Shown here: positions 1 to 11,506 of the stretch, piece after piece
Numbering within the stretch: position 1 is the stretch's first letter
Layout of the letters: each line of letters begins with the position of its first letter
NCBI GenBank assembly: GCA_949358305.1
Contig: OX442314.1
Coordinates: forward strand, 30,380,001 to 30,444,000
Length of the DNA: 64,000 nucleotides
From: Strigamia acuminata
Lineage: Eukaryota
Direction of reading: 5' to 3'
Program-made: the position numbers and the translations under genes
The notes under the pieces: model-generated
Database searches by the model: none
What the model was told of the DNA's origin: nothing
The model's input: only the letters and a program-made list of their open reading frames with translations

Positions 1-279
1 TAAAACTTTGTGACCAAACGGAAATGATTCCCGATGAACTCACACAGTTTTGTACGCATTACGAACTAGATAGAACTCAGTTCAAAACCATAATCGAAGC
101 TTCTGAATTTGTGACGAAGCAGGCGTTACGTAACATACGTATTAATCCAACCCCAGGAAAAACGAGCAGAACTTTCGAAGGAGAGCTCGGCGCACCATAA
201 TTTTGGAAAGGACCCAACCCCTTCACCAAAAGATCTGCCTGAAGAAAACAGATCACGATCTAAAACTCCACAACGTAAG

Positions 280-2253
280 TTGGGAGATCAAGCAAGAATT
301 AAAACTCCGTCGGTTCGTAACCAAGATATTCGAGAGTTATTTCGAACATCAAGCAAGGAATCGCTTGATCAGTCCAGTTTAGGAAATAGAACTCCTCACT
401 CCAGCAACGCCAGTTGCCACAATACTCCAAGTATTTCGGAGATAGGAGGATCCAATTTTTCAACTTTTCAACCTGAAAATGCTAAAAAGCAGCCCAATCC
501 ACATATTTATACGGAGAATGGGACGAGACATTTTGTCAAACAAACCCCTAGAGGGCGAGGCAATAAATCCGCCATTCGACGGAAATTATCTTCACTACCA
601 TCTCCAGTCTTACCTCAAACTCGACAAGAACAATCGAGATTAGACGAAGTGGAAAAGGAACGAATTAGGCTGGAAGCAACTAATCAAAAACAGATTAACG
701 ACGAAAAGATTCGCCAAGATAAACTTGAAGGAGAAGTTGTCAATCAAAACGAAGTTCGTAAGTCAATAGACAAAAACGATAAAATTCTAATTGATCAATT
801 ACGGGCTCAATGGCGACAGGAACACGATGAAAAGTTCCAAAAGCAACAAGATCAATACAATAAGAAGTGGGCGGAAGTGAACAGAATTGAAGACAATCAA
901 CGCAAGCGGGAGAAAACCTTACAGGAAAGCATCCGGCTAAATCTCGCGGCGTCCACTCGGGCTAGCCATGGTAGTGAACCCCGAGACCAGACAAATCCGT
1001 CACGTGCATCTACCGATGACATTCCAAGTTCACATTCCTCGGCAGAAAGTTCTACAGAAACTAGACTTCCCTCTGACGGAACTAATATTTCACTTGACTA
1101 TATTTTGAAAATGCAACAAAATATGGCCGCCCAATTCCAAAAACAATTGGATAGTCGAATAGATACATTCGTTCAAACTCAACAAACAGCTGGGCCGCAA
1201 CGATCTAATAATCCAGGACCCAGTAAAGTCTTTTTCAAAGGACAAGACCTTCCAGTTTTCGATGGAAAACAGGAGGATATAGATAAATTTTTATCAGTAG
1301 CTAAAACTGTAGCTATTTCAAAGGGATTAACTCTGGACGAAATGGTTAATCAAGGTATTCCCACCTATTTGTCCGGATTAGCCCAACAATGGTATGACGA
1401 GAATAAAACCAAGTTTACCAACTGGGAAACCTTCGTAGAATTATTTCGTGAAGAATTCGACATGATTCCAACTACTCGACTCCGAAATTTACGAAAAGTA
1501 ATCCAAGGAGACGATGAACCTTTATATGAATTTCTAGTCAGATTCACTAAAGCCCAAGGATCGTACTCCGAAAGAGGAAATGTTGCCACACTTTTCGACA
1601 ACTTGAATTGGACAAGTTACAATAGATTAATCGATCGAAATCTATACAGGAGCGATTCAGTAGATAAAATTTTCCAATTCGTACGAACGAATAGAGCTCT
1701 CTTTGAACCTCAAAGGATTCGTACAGAGAATTCCAAAGAAATTGATAAAGTAGTATCTAACAACCAGAAGTATTCTAAAGATACCAAAAATACGAGACCT
1801 TCTGCTCGATCCACTCAAATGATGGAAATAGAGTCGGAAGAAGAAACGATCGAAGTCAATGAATTAACGGAGAATAATGTATCAATGGATAACTTATTAT
1901 GTGCCATGTCGGAAAATCAGACAGGGAAATGTTTTCATTGTAAACAACCAGGTCATTTCAAAAGAGAATGTCCTCTGCTTCCAAAGCGAAAATTTAGCAA
2001 TAATTTCCCTGGAAATAATAATTCCAATAACAATGGCGCTAATCAGCAGCCGAACGAATTTAAGCGACCACGCCAAAATTGGGTAACTGCCGAAGCTATT
2101 GATCAAAAAATGGAAGAGTTAAAAACTGATATGAATAACAGTATGCAAACAACGATAAGTAAGACAGTGTCGGATTTATTTAGTAAATTCTTAGACCCGA
2201 AGAACGCTACTACGGCACCAATTACTGAAACCCCACCGGTTCCAAAAAACTAG
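280..2253 (+). CDS. gag: Gag of element A (frame open from about 70; true N-terminus probably upstream via a frameshifted segment at 3-200)
   Basis: 657-aa ORF with retrotransposon capsid-like segment (YLSGLAQQWY...WETFVELFREEF) and CFHCKQPGHFKREC zinc knuckle. Confidence 0.9.
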   Translation: MGDQARIKTPSVRNQDIRELFRTSSKESLDQSSLGNRTPHSSNASCHNTPSISEIGGSNFSTFQPENAKKQPNPHIYTENGTRHFVKQTPRGRGNKSAIRRKLSSLPSPVLPQTRQEQSRLDEVEKERIRLEATNQKQINDEKIRQDKLEGEVVNQNEVRKSIDKNDKILIDQLRAQWRQEHDEKFQKQQDQYNKKWAEVNRIEDNQRKREKTLQESIRLNLAASTRASHGSEPRDQTNPSRASTDDIPSSHSSAESSTETRLPSDGTNISLDYILKMQQNMAAQFQKQLDSRIDTFVQTQQTAGPQRSNNPGPSKVFFKGQDLPVFDGKQEDIDKFLSVAKTVAISKGLTLDEMVNQGIPTYLSGLAQQWYDENKTKFTNWETFVELFREEFDMIPTTRLRNLRKVIQGDDEPLYEFLVRFTKAQGSYSERGNVATLFDNLNWTSYNRLIDRNLYRSDSVDKIFQFVRTNRALFEPQRIRTENSKEIDKVVSNNQKYSKDTKNTRPSARSTQMMEIESEEETIEVNELTENNVSMDNLLCAMSENQTGKCFHCKQPGHFKRECPLLPKRKFSNNFPGNNNSNNNGANQQPNEFKRPRQNWVTAEAIDQKMEELKTDMNNSMQTTISKTVSDLFSKFLDPKNATTAPITETPPVPKN

Positions 2254-2275
2254 TGGCGGGGGTCCTCGAGCCCCC
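2244..2275 (+). promoter_or_regulatory. -1 ribosomal frameshift signal of element A
   Basis: A AAA AAC (2244-2250) in gag phase directly before TAG, 7-nt spacer, GGGGG(2258-2262)/CCCCC(2271-2275) stem; the -1 frame is the pol frame. Confidence 0.8.
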
Positions 2276-5200
2276 TATCATTAATTCCGAAGGAATTTTA
2301 CCACCAGACTTAGAACAAGTACTTTCCGAAACTTTGGATAATTTAACTATTCAAGATAAAGAAATTAAGCGTGCTCGTCCCAACCGGAAGACACGGAAAA
2401 GAAACTGGAATTACAAGTTTAAAATCGCATCAAATACACCTTTTCCGGCAGAGGAGACAGCAAACCCGTTCTTGAATTTTCACGACGACCTGTTTTCTCT
2501 AGATAAGGGGGACGAATCTTTAGCTAGATTGATACAAGATACATCCAATCTTAATATTCGTGATGAATCCACCAGTTCTAGTGGAGGAGTATTCGAGAAT
2601 TTACAATCAATGATTGATAATTTGAATCCCGACTCCAAATCCTCCAGATTTGCGAGATTAAAATCTTACATTAACGAGAATCAGTTAACACTAGAACGGC
2701 CAGACCGGTCATTTTGACCGGTACAGCTGTTTAAACAGCTGCAGCAATAAACCCAATGGGTTTACGGTGCTGCTAATTTGTGACTTTAGCTGATTTATGA
2801 TGCTTTATATCATAAATCATCAAAAGTTGAATTTTTCTTAAGAAATAATAAAAAAAAAGTGAATTGACCTAGAACGGCCGAAACCGGTTAAAATGACCGG
2901 TTGAAATCACCTGAACAATACGTGCACCAAACTGCACTAAACGTGCACCAAACGTGCACCAAACGTGCACAATATGTGCATACAACGTTTTGGCATCAAA
3001 CTGATTCAGTAACACGCGAAACATGCGAAGAAAATACCAAAACAAAAATTGATGGTTTTTATAAAATCTGATAAAATTAAAAACGGAAATTTAATTTTAT
3101 CAGGTTTTATAATAACCATCAATTTTTGTTTTGGTATTTTCTTCGCATATTTTGCGTGTTATTGAATCAATTTGATGCCAAAACGTTGTTTACACGTATT
3201 GTGCACGTATTGTAAAAGTATTTTGCATATTTGGTGCACGTACTGTTCACGTTATTGCAACCGGTCATTTTAACCGGTTTCGGCCGTTCTAGGTAGGCCG
3301 AAATTCCGGCCGTTCTAGTGTTAAAACGAAAAGATGGCATCGAACGAATTAATAAATTGGGAAATCACATCGACGACCCCCGAATGAAAATTACAATAGG
3401 TGGACTCACCTATAATGCTTTGATGGACTCAGGAGCCACACAGTGTTTTATTGGGTTGCAATTACTAAGTAAAACTTGTGCATCTCCCGATTTCATACAA
3501 GATTGTCCAAAACACATGAGAGTTTGTGCAGTTGGAGTTACTCATATTCCACTAGGACAAATTACTTTGTGTGTACAATGGGCAGATGGAGCAGAATTCA
3601 CACCGATAAATTTTATCATTTTGGATAATAATGTGTGTGGATTAATTATCGGACATAATTTTATGCGCCGAACCAAAATTAATTTAAATCCAGCACGAGC
3701 TGTATTTACTTGCGACAGCAAGTCCGACTGGACTGCACCCTACGAAACTGACGAGTTAAATTGTAATTTAGCTCGAGTACAAGTGTTTACTGACAACGCA
3801 ACAGCCACACACACGCCAGATAATTGGGAAGAATTGCTGGTAAAGGATTGTGACTGTTCAGATGAGGGAAAAAGTAAATTACGCGAAGTAATTGCTAGTG
3901 TTAAGAACGTCTTTAGAGATAAAGTCGGATGTACTAACATAATAAAGCATAAGATCACCTTTAAAAAGGATGTAACATGGAAAAAACAACCATTTCGAAT
4001 GTATAACCCTGCTAAAATAGCCATTATGACTAAATTAGTAGAAGAATTAGAAGCGGATAATTTGATCGAAAGAGCTACTGGACCTTACATAAGTCATCCA
4101 GTGATCGTAGCCAAACCAAATGGTACTTATCGTTTATGTATCGATTATCGGTGGTTGAATGCAATCACCGAAATCAACGCCATACAAATGCCAAGTATTG
4201 ATTTGTTACTCCACAATACAAATCAGGCAAAATATTTCACGTCTCTTGACCTTACCAAAGGTTATTATCAGGTCGAGATGGACGAGGAAGATAGACAGAA
4301 AACAGCCTTTTATACTCCGAAAGGCAATTACCAATTTGTCCGCATGCCTTTTGGTCTTTGCAATGCGCCGTGTACATTTCAGTTCTTAATGGAACGAGTG
4401 ATGGGCGAAGCATTATACAAACACGCGTTAGTCTATTTGGACGACGTGATAATCTTCTCCACCACTTGGGAGAAACATCTGGAACATATCAAAGATGTGT
4501 TGAAAAGACTAGATAAGGCCAACTTATCAGTAAACAAGGAAAAATCAAAATTTGGAAAAACTACACTCAAATTTTTGGGTCATTTGATAACTCCAACCGG
4601 ATTAGCACCTGACCCAGACAAGATAGTATCCGTTAGGAAATATCCAACTCCTAAGAATTCCAAGGATATTCAACGATTTCATGGCTTGTCAAATTTCTTC
4701 CGGAAATTTATTCCCGAACATGCAAAAATTGCTAGGCCTCTAACTAGCATGATGCATGATAAAGCAGTGTTCGAATGGGGAGAAGAACAAGAGAAAGCTT
4801 TTGAAACAATAAAAAATATTTTATGTGACGAAACACAAGTTTTGTTAATGCCAGATATGATGAAACCATTCGTAATCTTGACAGACGCATCACATGATGG
4901 ACTTGGTAGTGTGTTATGCCAAGATGTAGAATTCTTCGATGAAGGAAAAAGAGAAATGATCATGACTCCTAGACCCGTAGCTTATGCTAGTCGAGTCTTA
5001 CGAGGGGCAGAAGTACGCTACTCAACACCCGAACTCGAGTGTTTAGCAGTAGTGTGGGCAGTCGACAAATTCCGACCGTATATCGAATATACGACATTTA
5101 CTTTGGAATCAGACGCCGAAGCATTAAAATGGCTGATGGGAACACCAGAACCATCGGGACGATTTGGTCGTTGGGCAATTAAACTTCAATGTGGCGCCTT

Positions 5201-7181
5201 TAAGATTAAATATCGACGGGGTACCCAGAACCAAGTTGCCGACGCCTTCTCGAGAGCGCCTTTGGAGATCGAAGACATTCCAGAGAATGATTATTGTGAG
5301 CCAATCGAGATTACTCAATTCTGGCCAGAATGGGACGGAAATCGAGAAATTATTCGAAGGAATAATAAAGAAGATTGCCAATTTCTAACGAATGTGCAGC
5401 TTCATTTCGATTATTCCAAATTATTATACAATACTTTGGAAAAGGGGGAGAAAATGGATGAAGCTACAGAAGAAACACTATTTAGTGCTTTAACGGAAGT
5501 TTTAAAGGAAGTTCCACCGACTCGAGAAGAAATTATAGAAGCTCAACTAGCCGACAAAGAGTGTAGAATAATAATCGATCATCTGAAACGAGATGAAATC
5601 GAACAAAGAAAGTTTAAGAAAACTAAAGAATGGATGAAAGCAGTCCAAGGTTACCAATTAGATTTTCAAGAAGAAAATGGTAATGAAATGCTGATTTATT
5701 TCAAACCAACGTTTGAAGAGGAATTGAATGACTCTGGAAACGGATTTAAAGCTGTCATTCCACCGTCATTAGTACGAAGAGTACTGTTTGCCTGTCACGG
5801 ACATCCATTAAGTGGACATGCAGGGATGAGTAAGACGCTCGAACGAGCAAAACTTATATATTACTGGCCGAAGATGAATAAAGATACTCGCAATTACGTC
5901 CGAAGTTGTATTCATTGCCAGCAATACAAGCCCTGTCAACATAAAAAGCATAGAGCGAGTTACACTCCTCATAACATGTCTTACCCGTGGGAAGTAATCT
6001 GCATTGATTTAATGGGTCCCAAACCGACAGGAAGAAGCCAATACAGATTTGTATTAGTAATTATAGATCAATGTACTAAATGGGTAGAATTATTCCCTTT
6101 AAGTAAGGCATCTAGTGAATCTATTGTGAATAGGTTAGGAGAAGTGATTCATAGATGGGGATACCCAAAGAAAATTGTTAGTGATAACGGGAGCCAATTC
6201 ATATCCACGATTTATGAAGAGTTTTGTAAAAAACACAACATCAGAATGGCTCATGTGAGTCCATATCACGCTCAGGCCAATCCTACGGAAAGGGCCAATA
6301 GAGACATCAAAATAATGCTGGCTCTTTATTCAGACATTCACTCCCATTGGTCGAGATTCTTAAACGAATTTGCATTTGCCTCGAGAACGGCTAAATCAGA
6401 AGCTACAGGCGCAACGCCATTCTTATTGAACACAGGAAGAAATGTACCTCTTCCCTTTGATCCTCGGATCATTCAACATGCAAATGCATTTGACAAGAAT
6501 AACCCGGAAGAATACGTATATAATTTACTTGGAATTTTACGTCGAGCACATCAAGAGATGCATTTGCGTATTCAAGCAAATTATGAGAGACACGACAAGA
6601 TTCACAGAAATAAATTTCACATTTGTGAATATACTGTCGGTGATTTGGTATGGAAAGCCACTCACATCCTTTCAAATAAAGAGAAAGGAATTACTAAAGG
6701 TTTCGCCGAGAAACGAGATGGACCGTGGGAAATTACGGAAGTTTTACCTGGAGGTGCTTATAAGTTGAGAAAATTAGTTGATGGATCAATAGAACCATCC
6801 ATAAATACTGATGATCTCTCACCTTATATCCCATCCTACCCGATTGAAACTTGGACTCTCGATCAAAAGAGTGGAAAAGTAGAGAAACACCCAAACCCAG
6901 ATTGGATGAACGAAAGTTCGATCATAAATAATTCAAGTGAATTAAATAATCAAGAATTAGGAAATAATTCTGCAAATATGGAATTAGATCCCGAAGAAGT
7001 TACGACTCCCGCTTCAAAAGAAAGCGACATCGTAGTTAATAATCCAAAACATGATTATAACCTTAGGAAAAGGAAAAGAAGTTGTGAACTTCCACAAATA
7101 CAACCTCGTACGAAGCGAATTTCTACGACAGATCAAGAATACACAACAGATTTTATACATCTGATTCAAGATCGCCGCTAG
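2253..7181 (+). CDS. pol: Pol polyprotein of element A, interrupted by a MITE at 2689-3320
   Basis: ORFs 2253-2717 and 3318-7181 share a frame. Removing the MITE plus one TTAA (636 nt) gives ...NQLKRKDG... Protease, RT, RNase H and integrase motifs are intact. Confidence 0.92.
2689..3320. mobile_element. Non-autonomous TTAA-specific (piggyBac-type) MITE with internal palindrome
   Basis: TTAA at 2685-2688 and 3321-3324; TIR CACTAGAACGGCC...GGCCGTTCTAGTG; long internal inverted repeat about 2868-3293. Confidence 0.9.
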
Positions 7182-7964
7182 TGATAGCGTATTTTTTTTT
7201 AATAAATATAAAGTATTTAAAAAGATAAAAATCGGGTCACTTTTGACCCACAAATTAATTATGGTTAAATCATAAACTATAAGAGGGTATAGTGAAAATA
7301 CCCCGGGTAGAGAGTAGAGGACTTGTTCTCTCACTAACTTCACACACATGTGCAAGTCAACTTTGACACCTGCGTCGATAGAAAAGTTCGTCGCGATTTC
7401 TTTCAAGAAAAACCTCGAGATTCGTGGTAAGACTCATGTATTACCAATAAACTCGGAAATTATGTGTCGGGACTTAATGTTATAATCCTTTCATGATACA
7501 AAAGGACAAGAGAAAACTTCGGTGATTAATTTCGTCTGAAAGAGACGAACACGTGACCTCGGCGTGAAGAAGAAAATTTCTCCTTCGAGAAAATTTGAAA
7601 TATCATCACGACAGTTCAACGTTTTACTAGAGTATTACGTGTAAGTAGTGATAAAATTAGTATATCAAGAGATATTCACGGCTATTTTATATATAAAGTT
7701 AGGATTTCTACGTTGGCAGAGAACACCTTCGCTAAAAACAACGAGTTTTGTCAATTAGAAAATCGGCACCACATCATTGTGAATACTTAAGTAGATTCCG
7801 GAGATTCCTAGTGTAAGTATTTCAAAGATAAGTTTATCAAGAATATTACGAATAGTAGAAAAAGCCGCACGTAAAATCCCGATATAAAAGTATATCGAAA
7901 CCATCGATAAAGTTGATAAATTTTCACGATAGATGGCGGTATAAATTTTGTTAAATAAATCGTA

Positions 7965-9677
7965 TTGATAAGATTCTCTATATTATTTTCTCTAGAAAAA
8001 TGGGAAAAAAGATCGAAAAAAAAGAGAAAATACGTGTTGGTCGAATCCTCTTCCTCCGATGAAGAAGTAACGGCACCTCCTTCGGCCGCTGCCGTATTCG
8101 TAGAAGGGTGTCCCAAAACACCCGTGATTATCAACGCCAGAGGCTGGGATATTTTGAGTTGGGCTCGCCAACATCCCGAATTGCTCCCCGCTGAGCTTGG
8201 TCCACCCGGAACCCCCACGTTACAGGAGGAACCGGCCAAAAAAGAATCAACGGCGAAGCCATTTGTTATTCCAAAGATAAAAGCGGATGATTTCGCCAGA
8301 AATAATCCGCCAATTGCAAAAAACCAGCCGAGTACCAGTAAACCGCGAAAGGTGGAAATTGTGTACAACCGAGTCAAGTCGCCCGAACGAAGAAGGAAAT
8401 CTCCACCAATGGAAGCTAAACGCCGCCGAAATTCGGAAGACGCTACACCTTCCTCTTGTACTGGCCAAGAGCGTCCAAAAAGAGAATACGTTAGATTTAA
8501 CGATTCACCAGACCGAGACCGGGAAAAAAGGTCGTATTCCTCCTACCGAAGGTCCGACCAACCTAGGAATAGGTCAAATACCAGCGCATGGTCAGATCGC
8601 CAAAAGTTGGCAAATAAAGTTCGTCAGATCCAGAAAAGACGAGAACAGTGTAAACAAGATAAAGAGAACGGAAAACCACATGATGATATGGTACTCTCGA
8701 AGGACGAAGTGCCATGTCCTTTTTGTTCCGCCGTCGGGTGGGTCTCGGGATCGGGAACCGGAGGCCACCTGGCGCAATGTTCCAATTGCGAGGGCACAAA
8801 GAAGCGGCCCAAAGGCCAACCTTGGCGCCCCAGCTTTCTGCCATTTGTGGTCATGGGAATTCACCCTCCCCCGGCCAGGTTGTGGGCAACTTGCCCGGAG
8901 TGTAAAATTGTCCTCTCCAGCGACGGAAGATCGCCGTACATCAGCCCGGAGTTCTTGAACGCCATAACCACTCCACTAGGAAGGGAAATGCAAGATCTGA
9001 GAATTCCGCCAGAAGCTCTAGAGAGTTCCCGAAAACCACAGAGTACGACAGTCATCGATAAAGGATGTCAAACGGTATCCAAGGAGAGCGAAAAAGAAGC
9101 CGAAAATGAACTTCTTGTGGAACCCTTTTTCCCTCCACCAGGAGCGAAAATAGCGCATCTCTTCGAATACGAGGTGAGCTACTATTTTCCGACGCTTTTT
9201 AGAATTGCCGAGAAAATCACGGAACAAATGCGCTCAGACTCTACCGATCCCTCGAATATCAACTATGCTGTCCATGTGATGAAGTTGATATTTAACGCCA
9301 ATCGAGGCGAATCTTTTGCTGTGCTGGAGCACATATGGACACTGTTAATTGACAGAGTCAACACCGACGGAAGAGGATTAATAAACCCTTCATGGTTCTA
9401 CGGACTCCCCTGCATTTCGGAGATATACGACGCTTCGAAGAAGGTCATTGAAGAAAGTTATGAGTTAGTTGAGAAGACCCCAGAATATGAACCAAGGTCT
9501 CCGGAGTACGCGCCGAAAACTCCACCCGCAGAAGGTATAGATGAAGGACCCAATTTCGTCATCGACCGAAGACCAGCGGAATTTCTTCCCCTAGAAAAGT
9601 CCGAAGTCGGCGAGTCCAGTGAGACTCTTAAGAAAGAGAGCGAAGGATCCGAGTCAGATGAGGAGGAAGTCAAGTGA
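7965..9677 (+). CDS. ORF3 of element A: non-env accessory protein of about 560 aa, predicted nuclear, Cys-rich
   Basis: 570-codon GC-richer ORF between pol and PPT; acceptor-like TATTTTCTCTAG ending 7995; KKKRK basic patch, R/S-rich region, CxxC x3; no signal peptide or TM stretch seen. Confidence 0.75.
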   Translation: MIRFSILFSLEKWEKRSKKKRKYVLVESSSSDEEVTAPPSAAAVFVEGCPKTPVIINARGWDILSWARQHPELLPAELGPPGTPTLQEEPAKKESTAKPFVIPKIKADDFARNNPPIAKNQPSTSKPRKVEIVYNRVKSPERRRKSPPMEAKRRRNSEDATPSSCTGQERPKREYVRFNDSPDRDREKRSYSSYRRSDQPRNRSNTSAWSDRQKLANKVRQIQKRREQCKQDKENGKPHDDMVLSKDEVPCPFCSAVGWVSGSGTGGHLAQCSNCEGTKKRPKGQPWRPSFLPFVVMGIHPPPARLWATCPECKIVLSSDGRSPYISPEFLNAITTPLGREMQDLRIPPEALESSRKPQSTTVIDKGCQTVSKESEKEAENELLVEPFFPPPGAKIAHLFEYEVSYYFPTLFRIAEKITEQMRSDSTDPSNINYAVHVMKLIFNANRGESFAVLEHIWTLLIDRVNTDGRGLINPSWFYGLPCISEIYDASKKVIEESYELVEKTPEYEPRSPEYAPKTPPAEGIDEGPNFVIDRRPAEFLPLEKSEVGESSETLKKESEGSESDEEEVK

Positions 9678-10178
9678 CTCGCGGAGTTAATTTCCGAATT
9701 TAAAAGAATTTAAGGAAAAAATGTTAGAATTAACGAAAACTCAAAAGTATTCTGTTTAGTATTTAAATAAGCATTTTGTGATATGAAAAGTCATGTTTTA
9801 AAAGGAAATCAAGAGATGATCCTAAAAAAGAATAATTTTTTTAATATTCATTAATGAAAAGCTAAAAAGAAATAATTTACCAAAAAAATTATGTTAAAAT
9901 TCCCGTTATTTGAAATAATAATTGTGTGAAGAAATGAGGCTAAGTGTTGTAAAGTTCCAAGTTTGTTTTATTGTAACCAAATAATATTTTATTCTTGATA
10001 ATTCATTAAAAAAGAATTGTTGCGCACATCAGAAATATGAAATTTATTTTGAGTCACCCGCATACGCACTCAGCTGTTCGGGATGAAAAAAGTCCTGTTT
10101 TGAGATATTAATAAAATCATTTCGCAAGAATAACATAAACTTATGAATGAAATTCATAAGTTGAGTAATTAAGGGGGA

Positions 10179-11506
10179 TGTATGACGGTTTATAAGTGCT
10201 ATTTATTAATAACACGGCCGAATTTTAAGTGTTTTCGGCGAAACCCGCATTTGTCAATGCTCCGAGTCGCCACTAGATGGCGCGATTATAATTCAGCGGT
10301 AAATTCGAATTGCGAGTTAAGAAACTGGTAAATAAATATAAGAATATATTTATTTGTATGAAACGACACTTTATTAGGATTAATATAAATATATATTAAT
10401 GATTATTGTTCACACTAAGTGATGGGAATCTCTAGTTCAGCAGAAATGGAGATTTGATATTCCATCGATCAACCGATCGATGTGATTGGTGGATCCATTT
10501 CCGGTCCTGGGTATCCAGTTCCGGTTGTGGTGTGAATTAGCATATTGCTCCTCAGTATCCACTTCCGGTGATACGAGATTGGAGGGATTCGTGGAACCCA
10601 TGTTCCAGTTGGTTGATTGGATTAATCCCTAATCCAGTCAGGTTATATAAACCCAAACAACCGGCCATTCCGCAGCTCTGTTTGATTATTTTCTGTTTGG
10701 TATTGTTACTTAAGAAATATGATTCGTTGTTCACGTAAAAAAACCTTTTGGTTCTTTGTTGATTTATTCGCAAAGAACCGTTGCATGATTCTACAGAATC
10801 ATGCCACCGCCGGCAATTGAAGTCGAAGTGCTGGGATCATTATGTTGCATAAATGTTACAGTTTACGGTTGCGACGCCGAAGGAGAACCCGCCGTTGTGC
10901 AATTCAGTATCCTCCGGACAGGACCATGTGGTCTTTCTCGGTATGAACGTATTCCGTTACCGCAAGTAGCATCGTTGCTGTTGAGAATTAGTTCCTTCAC
11001 CGGATGGTGCCAAAGCAGTCTGTTTTACAGTAACCACGAGTAGCACCAAGTGTTTGGCAAGCTGATTCTCATGGTATTCGATGCCAAAGTAGTCGGTCTA
11101 TTATTAGTACCGCGAGAGATTATACTGCTGTGCGGAGCCGCGAGCTATCGACTCCTGTGTACGTGATACCGTCAATCGCCAGACGAACGACCGTGTCGCG
11201 ACGCAGGGGACGCTTGATACCGTTCTGCATTGCAAGGCGTATATTTTCTTTCGATGGCAATTGTGTGTTGCGACGGGAAGCCTAATCTTCATTTTATTTA
11301 TAACAGCTAAATATTAACTTGGCGACAAGTTGATTAACTAAGTCAGAAGACTTAATTACGATCACGATTACATCAAAGACGCAAATGTAACCGATAAGTT
11401 GACGACAACTTATCCACAAAATATCTAAATAAGAATTCACAACGATATGAATTAAATATAATTCATAAGCGGAATATTGATAAGTAAATGAATACATTTA
11501 CTTACA
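10179..11506 (+). repeat. Putative 3' LTR of element A (about 1.3 kb)
   Basis: Starts TGTA right after the polypurine tract 10171-10178 and ends TACA. The partner LTR is outside the window, so the end is inferred. Confidence 0.55.

Larger units (their letters stand above)
1..11506 (+). mobile_element. Ty3/Gypsy LTR retrotransposon A (5' end outside window): gag, -1 frameshift, pol, extra ORF3, PPT, 3' LTR
   Basis: Gag CCHC knuckle; pol order PR(LMDSGA)-RT(YLDD)-RNaseH(TDAS, ELECLAVVWA)-IN(HHCC, D..D..E); purine run AAGGGGGA then TGTA at 10179. Right boundary inferred from TACA at 11506. Confidence 0.9.

Noticed and set aside
10630..11125. Antisense gene built from 28-36-nt GT-AG mini-introns in LTR A
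   Set aside because: Host introns here are about 55 nt or longer, and joining the pieces still hit stops.
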